A stretch of 64,000 nucleotides of DNA from Alphaproteobacteria bacterium (GTDB taxonomy: Bacteria; Pseudomonadota; Alphaproteobacteria; CACZRW01): assembly GCA_017507765.1 (NCBI GenBank), contig JAFWAG010000021.1, forward strand, positions 5,903 to 69,902, written 5' to 3'. Below are positions 61,688-64,000 of the stretch, in pieces (positions within the stretch are counted from its first letter, which is position 1; every line of letters starts with the position of its first letter). The translations under genes and the position numbers were made by a program. The notes below the pieces were generated by a model. It was not told the DNA's origin. It saw nothing but the letters and a program-made list of their open reading frames with translations, and made no database searches.

Positions 61688-61730
61688 GCGACGAGTTTTT
61701 TGCATTTTTGGAAAAGAATAGGATAAAATT

Positions 61731-61898
61731 ATGGCTAAACCTACGGTTATTCAAATCAAGCTGGAAAGTACTGCCGGAACTGGATATTTCTATGTTACGA
61801 AAAAGAACCCTCGGACAATAACCGAGAAAATGGTTATGAAGAAATATGACCCGAAAGTACGCAAGCACGTAGAATTCAAAGAAACCAAATTAAGCTAA
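61731..61898 (+). CDS. rpmG: 50S ribosomal protein L33
   Basis: 55 aa, hand-translated: [55 protein letters not shown]. This is the typical alphaproteobacterial L33. Not in the ORF track because it is shorter than 60 aa. Confidence 0.92.
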   Translation: MAKPTVIQIKLESTAGTGYFYVTKKNPRTITEKMVMKKYDPKVRKHVEFKETKLS

Positions 61899-61920
61899 TT
61901 TGCTTTAAGTTTCGTTTTAA

Positions 61921-61949
61921 AAAGTCCCCTTTTTTCAAGGGGATTTTTT
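61921..61949. terminator. bidirectional rho-independent terminator between rpmG and the receiver-domain gene
   Basis: TCCCCTT (61925-61931) / AAGGGGA (61937-61943), extendable by A-T pairs. Has an A-run upstream and a T-run downstream, and overlaps the stop codon of the minus-strand gene. Confidence 0.8.
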
Positions 61950-62316
61950 ATTCCGCCAACATTTCCTTGATTTTATTTAAAAATGCCACCACCGAAAAGG
62001 GGCGGTAAATAAAGTCATCAACTCCGACTTTAGCCAAAGCTTCTTTTTGTTTTTCTTGAGCATTGTTCAAAGCCGCCAAAATGGGGATTAAGCGAGTATC
62101 CTCATTATCTTTTAAGGTTTTTACGGTTTTTGAAAGCGACTCTTCCTGCTCATTTTCACTTAATATGATTAAGTCCGGAGAGTTTGTAAGCGCCAACTCT
62201 ACCACATCTTGGAAATCTTTAATCTGGATAGTATCACAGCCTATATCTTTAAGTAAATCGGCGAAAAGTTTTCTATCATCTTCATCTTGTTCGGCAAGCA
62301 GTACTTTTTTAAGCAT
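61948..62316 (-). CDS. single-domain response-regulator receiver-like protein lacking the phospho-acceptor Asp (pseudo-receiver)
   Basis: 122 aa with a CheY-like (beta-alpha)5 pattern. The conserved positions are changed: DD -> EQ/DE region, PDLIILD -> PDLIILS, T/S -> A, K-P -> R-P (FIYRPF). Confidence 0.65.
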   Translation of the reverse strand: MLKKVLLAEQDEDDRKLFADLLKDIGCDTIQIKDFQDVVELALTNSPDLIILSENEQEESLSKTVKTLKDNEDTRLIPILAALNNAQEKQKEALAKVGVDDFIYRPFSVVAFLNKIKEMLAE

Positions 62317-62331
62317 CTCAACCTCTTTTCT

Positions 62332-63111
62332 TTATTTTTGCTCTTTTGTATCAAGAGGAAGCATAGCGCAAACATCATCTTGGCACAATTGCAATCTGAC
62401 CAGTTCATTAATAATTCCGTGTAAAGTATTGACTTCCTGCAAAGATAAATGGCTTCTTGTGAATATATTGCGCAGATTTCGCAGCATTCTTGGTCGTTTT
62501 TCCGGTATCCGAAAGTATCCTGCTTTATCCAATTCCGCTTCCAAGTGTTGAAACAAGGTAAAGATTTCTTCTTTTGTCGCCACTCTTGAAGCAGGCATAT
62601 GCAAGGTTTCCGTGGTGTTTTTATGACTATGCTTAAAATATTCATACCCGACCAGCAAGACAGCCTGCGCTACATTCAAAGAAGTATTAGCAGGATTCAA
62701 AGGTATTTCTATCACCGCATCTGCGAAAGTCAGCTCATCATTTAACAATCCGGTACGCTCCGGACCGAACAAGACTCCGCATTTCAATCCGGCATCAAGC
62801 TGAGAGCAAAGCTTTGCCGCGGCACCCTCCCCGTCAAAGACTTCATACACCATATCCCTAGGCCTTGCACTGGTTGCATAGACAAAGTTCAAATCGGCAA
62901 CCGCTTCCGCCAAAGAAGGAAACACTTTCGCATTTTTAAGGATTTCTCCGGCACCGGCAGCCATACTCACGGCCGCAGGGGATAAGCAATCTTCCCTCGG
63001 AGCGACCAAGCGCAATTCACTAACGCCGCAGTTCATCATAGCTCTTGCCGCCACCCCGATATTTTCCGCCATTTGGGTTCTGACCATAATAAAAACCGGC
63101 AGATTAGCCAT
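62332..63111 (-). CDS. trmJ: SpoU/TrmH-family tRNA 2'-O-methyltransferase (TrmJ/LasT-like)
   Basis: 259 aa with VRTQMAENIGVAARAMMNCGVSELRLVAPR, VLFGPERTGL and IPLNPANTSLNVAQAV (SPOUT knot motifs), plus a C-terminal extension as in TrmJ. Confidence 0.82.
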   Translation of the reverse strand: MANLPVFIMVRTQMAENIGVAARAMMNCGVSELRLVAPREDCLSPAAVSMAAGAGEILKNAKVFPSLAEAVADLNFVYATSARPRDMVYEVFDGEGAAAKLCSQLDAGLKCGVLFGPERTGLLNDELTFADAVIEIPLNPANTSLNVAQAVLLVGYEYFKHSHKNTTETLHMPASRVATKEEIFTLFQHLEAELDKAGYFRIPEKRPRMLRNLRNIFTRSHLSLQEVNTLHGIINELVRLQLCQDDVCAMLPLDTKEQK

Positions 63112-63187
63112 AACTGCTCAATCCTTTTACACTTTTACAAAGAAAAGACGCTCCTCGCAGAGCGTCTGTTTACAGGAAAACGGCAAT

Positions 63188-63880
63188 TTATTTTGAATCC
63201 AATATACGCATAGAGTTATCAAGGATATTTTCAAAGGAAAAGCCGTAATTATTTTCTAAATCCTTACTGATTTTACCGATAGCCTCAAGGATTGGAGAAG
63301 AATTAGCATCTCCGCCCTTTTGAATCCACCGTGTAGACTGCAGCAAAGCCAAGCGGGTCTTTTCCGGAGCCGTACGGATAGCTTCGTCCAAGGAATCCGG
63401 CACGATATAACCAAGCTTCCGCAAATGCTCTGTCATCAAAAGCATATTGGTTTTATTGATTTCCGGAGCAATCATTTCTTGTCCCATTGCGGTGTTATAG
63501 GTAGTGTTTTGACCTACGAACTGCGGCAACGGAGTATCCCGCAAAGGAACGTCCTGTTGAAGTGCATCAGCCACAGCCTGAACTTGCGCTTGAGACTGAG
63601 CCGCCCAAGGATTTGCAGGCAAAGCCGCTTGCTGAGTTTGCTGGGTTTGCACCTGTTGTTGAGCTTGCGCCGCTGTAACTGCACTTTGCGCCATAGCCTG
63701 CACCGGAACATATATTGTATGCATCTGCTGTGCACCGGTAGCCGGATCAAGTGTAGCGATAGTTAAGGGATAATATGCCGCCTGTTGCCCTTGCGCTTGC
63801 TGAGCCAAAGCATTACCCGACACTCCGACGGCGACAGCAACCGACATAATTCCCACATACTTTGCAAAAGTTTTCATCAT
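63188..63880 (-). CDS. hypothetical secreted Q/A-rich protein
   Basis: The ORF is open from 63931. Met at 63880 gives the signal peptide MMKTFAKYVGIMSVAVAVGVSGNALA. The next ~110 aa are Q/A-rich low complexity, followed by a ~110-aa globular C-terminus. No family recognised. Confidence 0.5.
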   Translation of the reverse strand: MMKTFAKYVGIMSVAVAVGVSGNALAQQAQGQQAAYYPLTIATLDPATGAQQMHTIYVPVQAMAQSAVTAAQAQQQVQTQQTQQAALPANPWAAQSQAQVQAVADALQQDVPLRDTPLPQFVGQNTTYNTAMGQEMIAPEINKTNMLLMTEHLRKLGYIVPDSLDEAIRTAPEKTRLALLQSTRWIQKGGDANSSPILEAIGKISKDLENNYGFSFENILDNSMRILDSK

Positions 63881-64000
63881 ATTGCCCAAACTCCAAAAAC
63901 TTACCAATGCTGATACTTTAGCACGTTTCATCGGACAATAAAAGTTACAAAGTTATGAAAAAAACACACCCACCCTTTCTTCCTATAAGAACAAAAGTTT

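Overview
This window reads as a chromosomal segment from an AT-rich, probably host-associated alphaproteobacterium. Supporting markers are MipZ, a DUF465 protein, YejABEF, a eukaryote-like type-2 IleRS, alpha-type S21/L33 N-termini and scattered flagellar genes. About 85% of it is tightly packed housekeeping genes: AsmA-like, upp, deoA/deoB, lpxC, bamD, recN, ligA, thrS, mfd, accA, yejABEF, ileS, plsY, dprA, topA, rnr, an S41 protease, rlmI, mipZ, ugd, pgm, rpsU, rpmG and trmJ. I saw no rRNA, tRNA, CRISPR array, transposase or integrase.

The most interesting content is a pair of diverged paralogous genes at 20806-22661 and 59321-61156, both on the + strand. Each encodes a previously undescribed architecture:
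- a prepilin-type leader (G|S-I-[ST]-V-E, Glu at +5) followed by a hydrophobic helix;
- a roughly 170-aa N-domain;
- four tandem ~67-aa four-cysteine modules;
- a C-terminal ~110-aa lectin-like (DUF1566 / C-type-lectin-like) domain.

The first copy carries a C9 homopolymer inside its leader codons and is out of frame as sequenced. C10 or C7 would restore a 618-codon ORF, which makes it a candidate slipped-strand phase switch. No pilus assembly genes lie next to either copy.

Other notable points:
- a chlamydia-type pyruvoyl arginine decarboxylase plus antiporter pair (aaxB-aaxC-like, with no aaxA);
- several intact ORFs whose catalytic motifs appear lost: a nucleoside-hydrolase-like protein, a DusA-like protein, a receiver domain lacking the phospho-acceptor Asp, and a DeoA-like protein with altered motifs;
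- an rpsU gene whose homology-defined start codon is ATA;
- a ThrRS without the TGS domain;
- orphan fliN and flgE genes.

All functional calls rest on motif recognition by eye. No database search or computation was run.
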